Shown: one piece after another, positions 1 through 12,018 of the stretch
Position numbering within the stretch: the stretch's first letter is position 1
How the letters are laid out: every line of letters begins with the position of its first letter
Source: the human T2T-CHM13v2.0 reference genome, Homo sapiens
Assembly: GCF_009914755.1 (NCBI RefSeq)
Contig: NC_060932.1
Strand: one strand, 5' to 3'
DNA: 64,000 nucleotides
The notes under the pieces: model-generated
What the model saw: the letters and a program-made list of their open reading frames with translations, nothing else
What the model was told of the DNA's origin: nothing
Database searches by the model: none
Position numbers and translations under genes: made by a program

Positions 1-454
1 ACTGTGAGTGAGCTATTATTATCATCCTTTCTCAGGAGCCCAAATTTCTCCTTTAGTTGAAGGAGGTTGAGAATTGTGGAAAGAGCCGCGAAAGCCGGGA
101 AGCTCGTATCCTAGGTTCGACGTCTCTCCTGACTGACGGGATGTGACACTGGCTGAATCAATGTTCCCCTCCTCATCTCTAAAATGAACAGGTACACTAG
201 ATGAACTCTCGAGCACGGTCTCTCTAAAACCTGTACTAATGACATCCCTGCGTCTTTTTTTGGAAAATACAGGAAAGGCAGCGGAAAAAAGGGCACACAG
301 GAGCAGTCAGGAGATGTTAGCAAGAGGCAGAAGGCCATTTATTGGGAAGCACGGGGGAGAGAGAACATGTAAAAAGGGTTTGTGGCACAGCAAAAGAGGA
401 CCACTTTCTCCACCCACATCTTTCAAATCTGTCCACTCGCCTCAGTCCTGTGGG

Positions 455-670
455 CGGCAGTGCGGTGTAATGCAGGACCCAGAGGAAATCTTCGTGGGTT
501 CTGTTCCCAGCCCTGATAGTTACTGTGTGATTTACTCTCTGTGCCTCACCAAAGAAATAGAGATGTCAGTAATCCTTCCCTGCCTTAAAAGGCTGCTGGG
601 AAGATCAAACAAGAGAATGCAGGTAAAGCATGTTAACCAAGCCTGGCACATCAGAGCTACTCATTGGAGG
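455..670 (+). mobile_element. MIR SINE (degenerate) in DNAAF11 intron 1
   Basis: MIR-like core (tactgtgtga...ctctctgtgcctca) and 3' end (gtaaagcatg...gcctggcacat). Confidence 0.6.
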
Positions 671-1280
671 AGTGCTTGTCATCTGTCCTGCTGCCACGAC
701 CTCAGTTCAGCCTACTATCTCCCACTCGAACTCCTATAGGGCCAAGCTATGCCCATGAACAAAACCTTTTGGTTTCTCTGTGGCTCTTTTGATAAATTTC
801 TAAATCCTAAGTACAAAACCTGTATGAGCGGATCCCTGCCTACCTGTCAGGCCTTCCTTATCTCTTTGCTCTCCACTCCTTCTTTCTGTCTCACACCAGT
901 TCCTGTCAGTGACAATTAGCCACCAAGAAGCCCTGCTCTTTCTCACCTCTGGGCAATTCACTGAGCTTTCCTGTTTCCTTTCCAGACAGCACTGCTTCCT
1001 CAGAGAAGCCTCCACCCACCTTGGGGTTAGGTCCCCTACCCACACCCTCAGGGCACAGGCACCCCTCTCTCTCCTGGCTGTAACCACTATACTTCTGTTT
1101 GTCTTCTCCCTCCCTAGGAGGGTAGGCCCACATCTGCCTCCTTCCTCACTGTATCCTGCATTCAATACCTGATTCAAGGTAGACACTCCGATGCAAGTCT
1201 GACAAGTTAATGATTTAACAAATCAAAGTGGGCACGACTCAGAGAAAGAGGGCAAAGGAAAATTCCCGACATAAAAAAGC

Positions 1281-1528
1281 GAAGAAGAAGGAGAAGGAGA
1301 AGGAGGAGAAGGAGCAGGAGGAGCAGGAGCAGAAGGAGCAGGAGGAGGAGGAGCAGGAGGAGGAGGAGCAGGAGGAGGAGGAGCAGGAGGAGGAGGAGCA
1401 GGAGGAGGAGGAGGAGGAGGAGAAGGAGGAGGAAGAGGAGGAGGAGAAGGAGAAGGAGGAGGAGGAGAAGGAGGAGGAGGAGAAGGAGGAGGAGAAGGAG
1501 GAGGAGGAGAAGGAGAAGAAGAAAAAAA
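1281..1528. repeat. GA-rich (GGA/GAA/GCA)n polypurine tract with embedded 15-mer GAGCAGGAGGAGGAG repeats
   Basis: Seen directly: ~245 bp, almost entirely purine on + strand. Confidence 0.97.
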
Positions 1529-1895
1529 CCAACTAGGGTGAGACCAGGGGATGGGGAGACAGCCCTGAGAAGAGAGGAAGAAATATCAGTAGCTGATTTA
1601 GGAAAGGAGTTTCAACATTTACAAATCACTCCCCCCCGACCCCCACCTCTCCCACTTGCAGGCTGTCAGGTCTTCCAGGGCAGAAAGCCCATCATCTGGA
1701 GCAGTCTCTTGATTTAAAAAAAGTTAATTATGACATTTTTACAATGATAAGTGATCAATTAGGTAGAGCTGTACAAAACTGCCATATGGGGAGCTCAAAA
1801 ACGTTGTCGATATCAAAATGGTTCATACAATATAAATAACTTACCCGCATCACCTTGCAGTTTGTTAGTATATTCTTAAAGAAACACGTTTACTA

Positions 1896-2192
<297 letters not shown>

Positions 2193-2229
2193 CACGTTTA
2201 TAACACTTACTGTGTCTAAAACAGTAGTA

Positions 2230-2362
2230 TGATTGCCATTATTTTGGAGATGAAGAAGCTGAGGCCCAAGGGGTGAAGTCACTCGCTCAAAGTCACAGGA
2301 AGAGGGAGGACTTCAACCCTGGCTCCAGAGTCGGAACCCTCCACCATTAGGCTACACTGCCT
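2230..2362 (-). mobile_element. MIR
   Basis: attttggagatgaagaagctgaggccca...aaagtcaca is the reverse MIR core. Confidence 0.65.
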
Positions 2363-2770
2363 TCCGGAATGAGTCCGAAGATTGCGGCTTGGAGACAGTG
2401 ACTGGCCCACGTTCACAGCCAGTAAGGAGCCACTTGGCCGGAACGTGGTGTGTCTGGCGCCAAAACCCCTGCACGTTCCCCGACCCCTTTCCTGGAGTCC
2501 AGTGCCTTTCTGCCTCTTCCTCCCCTTCCCACGGCCCCGCCCATTTTACAGATTAGGAACCTGAGCTGGAAAAGGCCAGGCTGTCCGGCCAGTCTGCAGA
2601 GGACCTGGTGCAGCCGGGGCTGCGGTGCGGAGGGCCGGGTGGGGTTAGGGTCCGCCCAGGCGCGGGGGAACCGACAGCGCAGGGCGGGAGCGGGCGGCGA
2701 GGATCCCACGAGACCCGGGACTACTTCCACAAGGGGAACGATCGAGGACGGAAGGTGGAGGGGGGCTTAC

Positions 2771-2780
2771 TCCAGCCCAT
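2771..2780 (-). CDS. DNAAF11: DNAAF11/LRRC6 first coding exon (dynein axonemal assembly factor 11); rest of gene lies left of the window
   Basis: Minus strand ggcGCCATGGGCTGGA|gtaagc: strong Kozak, M-G-W+1 nt, canonical donor; matches recalled LRRC6 N-terminus MGWITEDL; known neighbour of TMEM71. Confidence 0.88.
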
Positions 2781-2881
2781 GGCGCCTCTCCAGTTCGCTG
2801 ACCCCGCAAGCCGGACCCGGACCTCGAATGACGCTTTTCACCCTTCACCCCTGCTCCTCAGCGCGTCCCCGTCGGAATTCA

Positions 2882-2897
2882 GGAGCCATGGCAACGG
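2882..2897. promoter_or_regulatory. RFX X-box (GTTGCCATGGCTCC on minus) overlapping a MYB site (CAACGG)
   Basis: Close match to GTTNCCATGGNAAC about 100 bp upstream of the ATG; X-boxes typify ciliary gene promoters. Confidence 0.8.
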
Positions 2898-3031
2898 GGA
2901 CTCTACGGCGGCCGCGCGGGACCAAAACAAGCCGCGTTTCCTGAGCTCCGCGGAGCAAGCAGAGGAGACCGCAGTGAAGGGGCTCAGCAGACAGGGGTTC
3001 CCCAACCCAAACCCAGTCTTCGTCCTCGTCG

Positions 3032-3039
3032 CACTTCCG
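3032..3039 (-). promoter_or_regulatory. ETS/GABP-type site CGGAAGTG
   Basis: Motif match at the upstream edge of the CpG island. Confidence 0.55.
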
Positions 3040-3179
3040 ACTTGCCACAGACTGCTTCCCTCTCCCTGAATCAATGGTTTAGAGTGAACAAAGTATGAGG
3101 ACGCTTCTCTTTTCTGTGCCTTCCAGGCTTGCCTTCCAGACCGCCTTTGACTTTTTCCTTTTTGTGTTTGATTTACAGC

Positions 3180-3345
3180 TTCCAGAGCCAACAGATCTGG
3201 ATTTGGCCCCCAACTCTACCAGCGGCGTGACCTTACACTTCCTTCTCCTCAGTTTGCACATCTGTAAGATGAGAAATAACCTAAGAGGATCACTGTGAAG
3301 CTTTAATTAGATAATTTGAGTGAATGAAAGACACTATGAAAACAA
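3180..3345 (+). mobile_element. MIR
   Basis: gtgacctt...cctcagtttgcacatctgtaagatgaga core. Confidence 0.7.
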
Positions 3346-4645
3346 CAGGCTCACTATAAAGATTCGTTGTCGTTGTCATATTCCAGCTTTTTAAAGTCAC
3401 TCTCCAACACTCGTTTCCGGCTAACAAGCTTTCCAGAAACGCCACCCATTACCCCCTCCATCAATTTCCCTATTCTCCACTCTCTTAATTGTAAAATGTA
3501 GGAAGTATATCTCCTACAGCCCCACACTCCCCTCACGTTTCCCCAGACCCTTCTCCAAAAGTGTGCAACGCGCCTTCTCCCATTCTAAACTAGGAAGCAC
3601 ATCAGCAAGCTCATTCACCCTCAGATCTTAGTGTTAGCACTTTAATGCGTTAGCTTCCCAAGAATCTTTAAAAGGTACCATTATTATGAAAGTAATTATT
3701 ATTCTTTACTCCATTTGCAGAAAAAGGAGGGGGGCAATATGTAAAAGGTAAAACCTTCTCCCATCCCAGTCGTTTTAAACAGTATGGAGTGCGTGCTTCT
3801 TATCTTGATGTGTGTATTATGTTTGCATTTTAAAAGAAGATTCCTAGAGCAATGCTGAGTGCAAAGAAATTAATTTTTCTAGCGAAAAGCTGTTAAGCAT
3901 TTACAGCTGGCAATTATTAGAGTTTGCCAGGTAGAGACAAGGTCATGAACTTGGACAGAGAGGCAGGAAAGTCTAACAGAGTGAGGTGATGGGGGGAAGC
4001 AGAAACATCAGTTTGGCAATAAAGAGAGCTAGATAGAAGGGATCTTCGAACAGTAAGAATGAGAGATTAGATCGGGGGTAATGGGGGCCTTAAATGCCAG
4101 GCCAAAGGAACTGAACTGGAAGAGTGGGATTTCAGGCACTATTTCCCTGAATATTTGGATTTCCAAGGAGGCCTCCCAAAAGGCACTCAAACTATAAACT
4201 TACCTGACCTCCACTATTATTTTTCTGAAAGCAGGTTAGTGTGAGGTGAACAGTATTAGCTCTGGCATTGGAAACATAGATTAAATACACAGATTTATTA
4301 CTGTGTGGCATCAGACAGATGACTTCACCTTTGAAAGCTGAAACTTCTCTATTTCCACATGATGATGACAATATGGGTAAACATCTGTGGTCGTGCCACT
4401 GACACGCTGACACTGACACGTGACACTGAGCACTGATGTCTGATTACTCACAAAGGAGATGAAATGCTATTAGCAGCAGGCAAGTTTAGCAAATTCGCCT
4501 GTGCTTGAATTGTGCATTTTAACAACAAGGGGTTCATCAAGGCTAAAAAGGATCTAGCTTCTAGAAGGAAGCTACTACTGGGCAGAAAGATTAGTTTCTA
4601 AGCTGACAAAAGCATGAGGTCAGGCCTACTATAAAGGATCTCAGC

Positions 4646-4731
4646 TTGCAGTGAACTAGGATTGTGCCATTGCTCTCTAGCCTAGGTGACACAAAGAAAC
4701 GATGTCTCTTAATAAAAATTAAAAAAAAATA
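4646..4731 (+). mobile_element. 5'-truncated Alu (3' ~85 bp only)
   Basis: ttgcagtgaact...tgtctc plus A tail; perfect 15-bp TSD ataaaggatctcagc at 4631-4645 and 4732-4746. Confidence 0.85.
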
Positions 4732-4867
4732 ATAAAGGATCTCAGCCTCTGGATCAGGAGACAAAGGGAGCCACTCCAGAACCGCAGAAAGTTCTCAAGA
4801 GCAATTGCAACCCAGGTATTTGACATGTTGGCTCTAAGCTTCTATCCTCACTCTCAGACCTACTCAC

Positions 4868-5033
<166 letters not shown>

Positions 5034-5337
5034 TCGGGGTGCTGGTGCGTTGGGTGCCTGATGAGAGCCTGGTCTCCACTTCCAAGATGGTGCCTCATTG
5101 CTGCATTCTTCTGAGGAAAGGAGCCCTCTGTCCTCACATGACAGAAGGGATAGAAAAGGTGAAAAGGGGTGAACTCCATTTGGCAATCCCTTTTATAAGG
5201 GCATCTAATCCTATTCATGAGGGTGGAGCCCCTGTGACTCAATCACCTCCTTAAGGCTATGCCTCTTAATACTGCTACATTGGGGATTAAATTTCAACAT
5301 GAATTTTGGAGGGGACAAAAACATTCAAACCACAGCA
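5034..5337 (-). mobile_element. MaLR LTR (MST/MLT1A-like), 5' part
   Basis: Ends aacattcaaaccacagca, the reverse of the tgctgtggtttgaatg MaLR start. Confidence 0.85.
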
Positions 5338-5389
5338 GCCCCTTTGACAACTAGAGAGTTCAAGAGTAAGATTGAGAGTTTAAGAGTGA

Positions 5390-5801
5390 TGAGAAAGAAA
5401 ATAAACTTTCTATCTGAGGAATGGGAGCACCCTTTAAATTATCAGGCCCAGAGAGGCACTGAAATGTGACAGCAGTCAAGTTCCAGTCCCCCATCCCCTT
5501 AAGCTAAGTAATCGTTTCAAAGCTGCCTGCCGTATGGACCCTAGACTGCGTGTTGCCACCAATGGCTATAAATAAACCTAACAATGCTGTACACTGGACA
5601 TCATAACTCATTCCCTATAGTTTAACAATGTACAACCAATAACTAATCAATGTTATTTCTGTAAACCAGTGAGAATTCCTAACAAGCAACTTTCGTAGTC
5701 ACCCGTTTCCTGATTAGTCCTTTTTTCTTTAAAACTGGAACCTCAACTTTGTTCTCCAGAGCACTTCCCAGTGTTTCCCAGGTTTCAGTCTTCAACCTTG
5801 G
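5390..5801 (+). mobile_element. ERV1 MER4-group solo LTR body, lacking its 3' end
   Basis: TG start tgagaaagaaaa...aaattatcaggcccagagagg; stops abruptly at cagtcttcaaccttgg. Confidence 0.75.
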
Positions 5802-5970
5802 GACTATGTGTGTGCACCATCATGCCTGGCTAATATTTTTTTAGATTTTTTTATAGAGATAAGGTCTCACTGTGTTGCCCAGGCTGGTCTTGAACTCCTG
5901 GCCTCAAGAGATCCTCCCGCCTGGGCATCTTAAAGTGCTGAGATTACAGGTGTGAGCTACCGTGACTGGT
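5800..5970 (-). mobile_element. AluJ left arm plus linker
   Basis: gggactat...ggtctcactgtgttgcccaggctggtcttgaactcctggcctcaag. Confidence 0.9.
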
Positions 5971-6159
5971 GCCTAGTGCCCTTATATTGAACTTCCAATA
6001 TTGGACTTTTATCAAGAATAAAAATAAATTTTTATATAAAAATAAATTTATAATTTATTAATATTTATAAGAATTTATAAGAATAAAAATAAATTTTTAT
6101 TCTTGAGAAATGACTTAGTCTTAGATATTTCACTATAGAAGTAACAACAGACTAGGACA
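5971..6159 (+). mobile_element. MaLR LTR 3' part with AT-rich expansion
   Basis: ttgaacttcc...agtcttagatatttcactatag...cagactaggACA resembles the MST/MLT1A 3' end. Confidence 0.7.
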
Positions 6160-6279
6160 TGTGCCTTGGATTTTTCCTGTGAAATTTTATATCTGTGGGA
6201 CTCAAGTATTCTGTTCATTCATTCATAAGTGAATAAACAATTGGGCTGTCATTCTACTGGAGAAAAATCTCTAAGATAC

Positions 6280-6615
6280 TTTTAAGCACTGTGCGCTCAA
6301 CACTGCCCATGTACTTTGAAATTACTAACTCAATTCTCACAGTAACCCTCAAGCAGGTCATATTGTCATGAATATATTACAGATTAGGAAACTGAAGCCC
6401 AGTGATATTATTTTACTAAAGCATAGTGAATCAGAATTTTGTGCCTAAACCTTAATTCTATACTGCATCATTTTTTTAGACTGAGAGCTACTCGAGGGCA
6501 GAGAGGGAATTTTGTTATTGTTGTTTGTTTGTTTCCATCCCTGAATCCTAGCTCTCGCAAAATTCCTGACACTTATTGGGTGCTCAGTAAATATTTGTTG
6601 AATGATTGAATGGAG
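6280..6615. mobile_element. MIR (-) followed by L2 3' end (+)
   Basis: acagattaggaaactgaag; gtgctcagtaaatatttgttgaatga. Confidence 0.65.
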
Positions 6616-6868
6616 GAGTCAGTGAGCCAATTTCTTCAAGAGCTTGGCTGTCTTTGGTGTAAGGCCTACATCTTGTCACTTCAGTAGGATCACCAACCAC
6701 AGAGGTGTCCCTGTTGTAAAGGAATCTAGCAGGCTTACCAGGAAGTGTACCTCATTCTCTGGTTATTGGACTGTTCTTTTTCTTGGGACCTTTTCACCAA
6801 AATCTAGGATAAGATCTGGTTCCAGGGGCAAGGTCTTGACAGATTGTCCTGACACTCTGGTGGAGCAG

Positions 6869-7229
6869 TGTTTGGCTCTGTGTTCCCACCCAATTCTCAT
6901 CTTGTAATGCCCATAATTCCCACGTGTTGTGGGAGGGACCTGGTGGGAGGTAATTAAACCAGGGGGTGGGTCTTTCCCTTTCTGTTCTCGTGATAGTAAA
7001 TGGATCTCACAAGACCAGATGGTTTTAAAAGTGGGAGTTTCTCCGCACAAGCTTTTCTCTTTGCCTGCTGACATCCACGTAAGACATGACTTGCTCTTCC
7101 TTGCCTTCTGCCATGATTGTGAGGCCTCCACAGCCACGTGGAGCTGTAAGTCCAGTTAAACCTCTTTCTTTTGGACATTGCCCAGTCTCAGGTATGTCTT
7201 TATCAGCAGCATGAAAACAGAATAATACA
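6869..7229 (+). mobile_element. THE1 (MaLR) solo LTR
   Basis: tttggctctgtgttcccacccaa...ggtatgtctttatcagcagcatgaaaacag. Confidence 0.92.
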
Positions 7230-7939
7230 AGCAGAGAAAAGCTTTGGATGATAAAGCAGGGAAATCAGCAATATCTTCTTTGCAGTTTGTCATAGGCCAG
7301 GCTGGCTGGTTATGATGTGTCCTTCCTCAACCCAACATCACAGTCACTGTGTTTCTTAGAAACAGAGGACCCAGGGGGTATGAAGGACATGTGTACAATG
7401 TGCTGTGATTGTCACAGTCCACTGACAGGGAGGACAACTGGGAAATCACGATGTGACAGCTCTAAGTAAAGTCAAGTTCATTTCACTCAAAGTGGATGAA
7501 AGAGTTTAAAGAGTTGTGGTGTGTGTCTGTTTATGCAAATCATTGTTCCAAATAGACTTATTTCTTTGGCTGCTGGAACTATAGCAAGATGAGCTATGCT
7601 TCCTGAAAAAACAGGTGTGACATTTTGTGTATACAAGTAGAAAAAATAAATCTTAAAGAGAGTGTGTGTGCTTTTTTTTTATTCCAGTAACAGCAAAATA
7701 GTCCTCCTACTTCTTTTATGCTGGATAAATTCTAGGGACATTTGCCTAGAAAGCAATTTAGTTCTTTTTATTTTCATTTTAACTTATATAATTTCTTATT
7801 TTTTTATGATATGTAACCAATATTGTGACTAGAATTCCACCATACTTTGCATTTATTTTTCTTCAGAAAAGTTTCTACATTGCAACTTTATGAAAGGTAA
7901 ACCAAGCTGCCAAGTTTACCAGCACGACTACAAGTCTCA

Positions 7940-8085
7940 GTTCCTTCCTTTCATTGTCCTGTTCCCTTATCCCTTTTTCCTTACCCCTTTCCCCTCCTCT
8001 CTTCCCTTCCTTCCTTTCTTTTTTACCCTCCCTTCTTTCCTTCTCTCCTTGGTTCATTTCTTCCCTCCTTCCTTCTTTATTTCCA
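7940..8085. repeat. CT-rich low-complexity tract
   Basis: Pyrimidine-rich cttc/ttcc repeats. Confidence 0.8.
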
Positions 8086-8203
8086 TCAGCATGTATTTAT
8101 TGAGTACCTTCCATATACCAGGCACCTTGAGGACTAATTGGCACATTACATGTAAAACCCTTAGAAGAGTATTTGACATGTAGAAAGTACTCAGTATGAG
8201 CTA

Positions 8204-8283
8204 TTAGGTTGGTGCAAAAGTAATTGCAGTTTTTGCCATTTAAAAGTAATGGCAAAAACCGCAATTAGTTTTGCACCCAATAA
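8204..8283. mobile_element. MADE1 (Hsmar1 mariner-derived MITE)
   Basis: ~80 bp quasi-palindrome ttaggttggtgcaaaagtaattgc...gcaattagttttgcaccca, preceded by TA. Confidence 0.93.
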
Positions 8284-8288
8284 CTATT

Positions 8289-8602
<314 letters not shown>

Positions 8603-9199
8603 AACCATTCCTTTTTTTTTTTTTTTTGGCAAACAAAGCAATCCATAGATGGTTACCCTAAAAAGTGGGTACAATTACTGTCTCCATCTTACAGATAAAG
8701 AAATTCAGTCTGCTTTCTACCAACCTAGTGAAAAAGATCTGAAAAAATCAAACTTAACTGTATCGCTTGTGACAGAGAAGACTGGAGGAGGGCAGCATTA
8801 CTTAAGTTGATCTACTGCATCCAACATAAGGGGTAACTTCTTTTTCCATCTGGAAGAGAAGTGGAATATAAAGAAAGCACTGGAAAATTCCAGTGCTTTC
8901 TTTATCCATATCTATAGGTATAAATTTGTATTGTTGGATATGAATTCTCCAAACATCAGACATTCTAGTAATCAAGTGGAAGTAGAAAAGCATGTCTCAA
9001 AATCGAAGATGAAATTAATTTTAAATGATTGTCTTAATTTATTTGTGCAAACTTCTGCCCATCTCCATTAGTTTAAGAAAGGCAAGAGGTGATGTTTTAG
9101 TTAGGACTTTACTGATTTGAATATACTCAGAAGAGAGTAACTAGGATATCCTACTCCACCGTTGAGGGCTCAAGTATAGGAGTCTCAAGCAAATTGCTT

Positions 9200-9850
9200 A
9201 CCCTCATTGTTTTTCAGTTTCCTCATCTATAAAATGGGTAACACTGAAGTGTTTGGTTGATTGAATTTTGCCAAGATTTAAAGGGATGGTGTGTAAAATG
9301 TTTGCCCATAGTAAGTGCTTGATACATCTCAGTTTGAGATGTGAAGGTTTTAAAACATGACAACAAATTATTATACATTCTTTTCAATTGAAAGATGGTG
9401 CCTGTTCCCCTTCCCTTGAATCTGGATGTGCTTCTGACCACTTTGACCAATAGAGTACAAGGGAAGAAACACTAAGTCATCTGCCAAACTAGTTCATAAA
9501 AATCCTTGCAGCTTCCACTTTGATTAACTCTGGTTCTTGGACCCCTGAGGCTCCATGTTAAAGTCTAACCACCCTGAGGCCGCCGTGCTGGAGAAGCCAA
9601 TGTAGATGCCCCCTCCAACCCAGCCCCAGCCTTTCAGCCCTTCCTGCCAAGGCACCAGACACATCAGTGATGCTGTCTTGGACTCTCTGAACCATTTCAT
9701 CCATCAGCTTAATATCCCTGAATGACTGACCACTGTCAATGCCACAAGGAACAGAAAAATCATCCAGCTGATCCCTGCTAGTATTTCTGACCCACAGAAT
9801 CATGAGATATAGTCAAATATCTGTTTTAAATATGGGACTAATTTTAATAC
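9200..9850 (+). mobile_element. MIR (~9200-9335) followed by MLT1 (G/H-like) LTR (~9340-9850)
   Basis: cagtttcctcatctataaaatggg; cccttcccttgaatctgg...ctgacccacagaatcatgaga. Confidence 0.75.
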
Positions 9851-9970
9851 ACTGACTGACTTGGGAAGTGAACAAGCACCTTTCACTACTGTGTTTAATA
9901 GGATGGGTCAGTAGTATGGACACATTACTCTTCCAGTAGAAGGTGACACTTTATTTAGGTAACAAACTAG

Positions 9971-10385
9971 TGTCTTAGTTATTTTGTGTTGCTATAAAGT
10001 AATACATGAGGCTGTGTAATTTATAAAGAAAAAATACTTATTTGGTTCATGATTCTGATGGCTGAAAAGTTCAGGGTTGGGCATCTACATCTGGTAAGGG
10101 CTTCAGGCCGCTTCCACTCATGGCAGAAGATGACGGGGAGCTAGCATGTGCAGTGACTACAAGGCAAGAGAGGAAGCAAGAGAGACAAGGCTTTTTTTAA
10201 CAACCAGCTCTCTCTGGTATTAACAGAGTAAGAATTCACTCACCCCCAAGGTAAGGCACTCATCTATTTATGAGGGATCTGCTCCCATAACTCAAACACC
10301 ACCCATTAGGCCCCACCTCCAACAATGGGAATCAAATTTTAAAAATGAGGTTTGGAGGGGAAAAAATCAAATCCACATAATAGCA
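9971..10385 (-). mobile_element. MST (MaLR) solo LTR
   Basis: tgtcttagtt...gttgctataaag...ccattaggccccacctccaaca...tagca. Confidence 0.88.
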
Positions 10386-11384
10386 GATGGATTCCATGGT
10401 ATTTGAGCTTTGATTTAGCAGCCTAAGTCTTCTATTCAAATCCTAATATATAGGACAAATAAAAAAGGATCTTTTCTGGTTGAAGCAGGGGTCAATGACC
10501 ATGAGGACCAACCTGAGGAGAACTGAGACAATCTAATCAATGACTTGTCTATGTAGACCTGGGAAAAGAGAAGTATTGGATTTTGTTTGATGTTGAAGGT
10601 GGAACACATGAACCCAGCTCATGAGATACTCCACAAATTAGGGTTGGAAAATCATTGAGCTAAAGACTCCCTTTGGCCCCCTCTGAGCCCATTGAGGCAC
10701 GTCCTCAATGTGACCAGAACGACCCAGCCAGCACAGCCTCCCACCAGGTCAGCTGCTCTTGTATGGGCACCTGGAATAACATGCCCTCCCTCTTCCTTTT
10801 TGGTCTTCTGGCCTGTTTTCTTATTTGCCCCTCAGTTTAGCCTTCTCCTTTGCCTCCCAGCTCCATCCTGCCAGTGCCCCTGGGGGTGAAGGCAGCTGTT
10901 GTTTCTGGCCCCTACACAGCCTCAGTGGGAGGAGACCAAGCCTTCAGGTTCTTCTGCATAGAGTATCTCTAACACAAAATGAAATCTTGCTGCTATTGAT
11001 AGTTTCTCATGTGTTACTTTTGAAGTAGAAATTTGCCATGTTTGGTACCCAGCATCTTTTCTCCTGGATCTCTTTGGAGGGCAAGTCCAGGTGCCAGTTT
11101 TCTGCTGGAGAAGCTCAAGTGACCCCTCCTATTTTCCTCCCACCCCTGGAAGAATGGCCAGTGTGAGAATACATGACCTTACTTTGCTCATATGGTGAGG
11201 TCATGTAAGTCTTCTCTTTAGGGAACACCTGTAGACAGAAAGATTAGTGGAGTCATCCCCATGGCATCCTGGCCAGACTGTTTTACCTGGTTGATATGCC
11301 TCTTGATTCTACCTTCTTGGCACTCCATGGCACCCCCTGTTTTTGCCTATTGCAAGCTTTGGTGCAGCTACAGCAAATTTTTAA

Positions 11385-12018
11385 GACCAACTACAAAGTT
11401 TTAGAGGGCACTTTCTCCATACAACACTTCCCTCACTTCTGACACCAACTGCAGTTTCAGGGGTTTTGAAAAGCCACCCTCAGTTTCATCAGTTCACTAG
11501 ATGAACTCACAGAACTTCCTGGAAGTTGTTACAGAAACAGCTACAGTTTATTAAAGAAAAAGGATGTAGATTAAATCAGCCAAATGAAGAGATACATGGG
11601 ATAGAGTCCACATTACTCTCCTAGCACCAATGTTTGATCACATGTATGGAGCACTGCCAACCAAGAGAGCTCACCTGAGTTTCATTGTCCAGACTTTTTA
11701 CTGGGGTTTCATCACATAGGTATAATTGATTGACTGATTGATAGTCCATGTAGTTAATCTCAATCTCTTGGTTGATTGATATCATGTGATCCAAAGCCCT
11801 CACCCCCCACACTAAGTTACATGATTGGTCTTTCTGGCATGGAAAATCCCCAACCTAAGACTACATGAGTCTGCTTAGCACCTGCCCTAGATCACATTGT
11901 TGGACTAACCACTGTGACCCAATGTCCCCAGATAAATAAAGACACTAGAGATTGCCTCCTAGAAACTGATGACAAAGGCCAGTCTTTCTCTTTGGTCAAG
12001 GACAAATTCTTTGCTACA
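11385..12018 (-). mobile_element. MER21-like LTR, apparently inserted in an older MLT1 (~11030-12130)
   Basis: ctgacaccaactgc...gaactcacagaact...acagtttattaaag; flanks resemble the MLT1 3' end. Confidence 0.65.

Larger units (their letters stand above)
2380..3060 (-). promoter_or_regulatory. DNAAF11: CpG-island promoter, 5'UTR and exon 1 region of DNAAF11 (LRRC6)
   Basis: Only unique-sequence CpG-dense stretch in the window; contains start codon with donor, X-box and ETS site; exact TSS not determinable. Confidence 0.9.

Noticed and set aside
1228-1536. Poly-Glu/Lys ORF (+) and poly-Ser ORF (-)
   Set aside because: Artefact of a stop-free GGA repeat; non-ATG start and intronic location
2413-3191. 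Several 100-160 aa ORFs over the CpG island
   Set aside because: High GC suppresses stop codons; no recognisable protein; only the 10-nt DNAAF11 coding exon is supported
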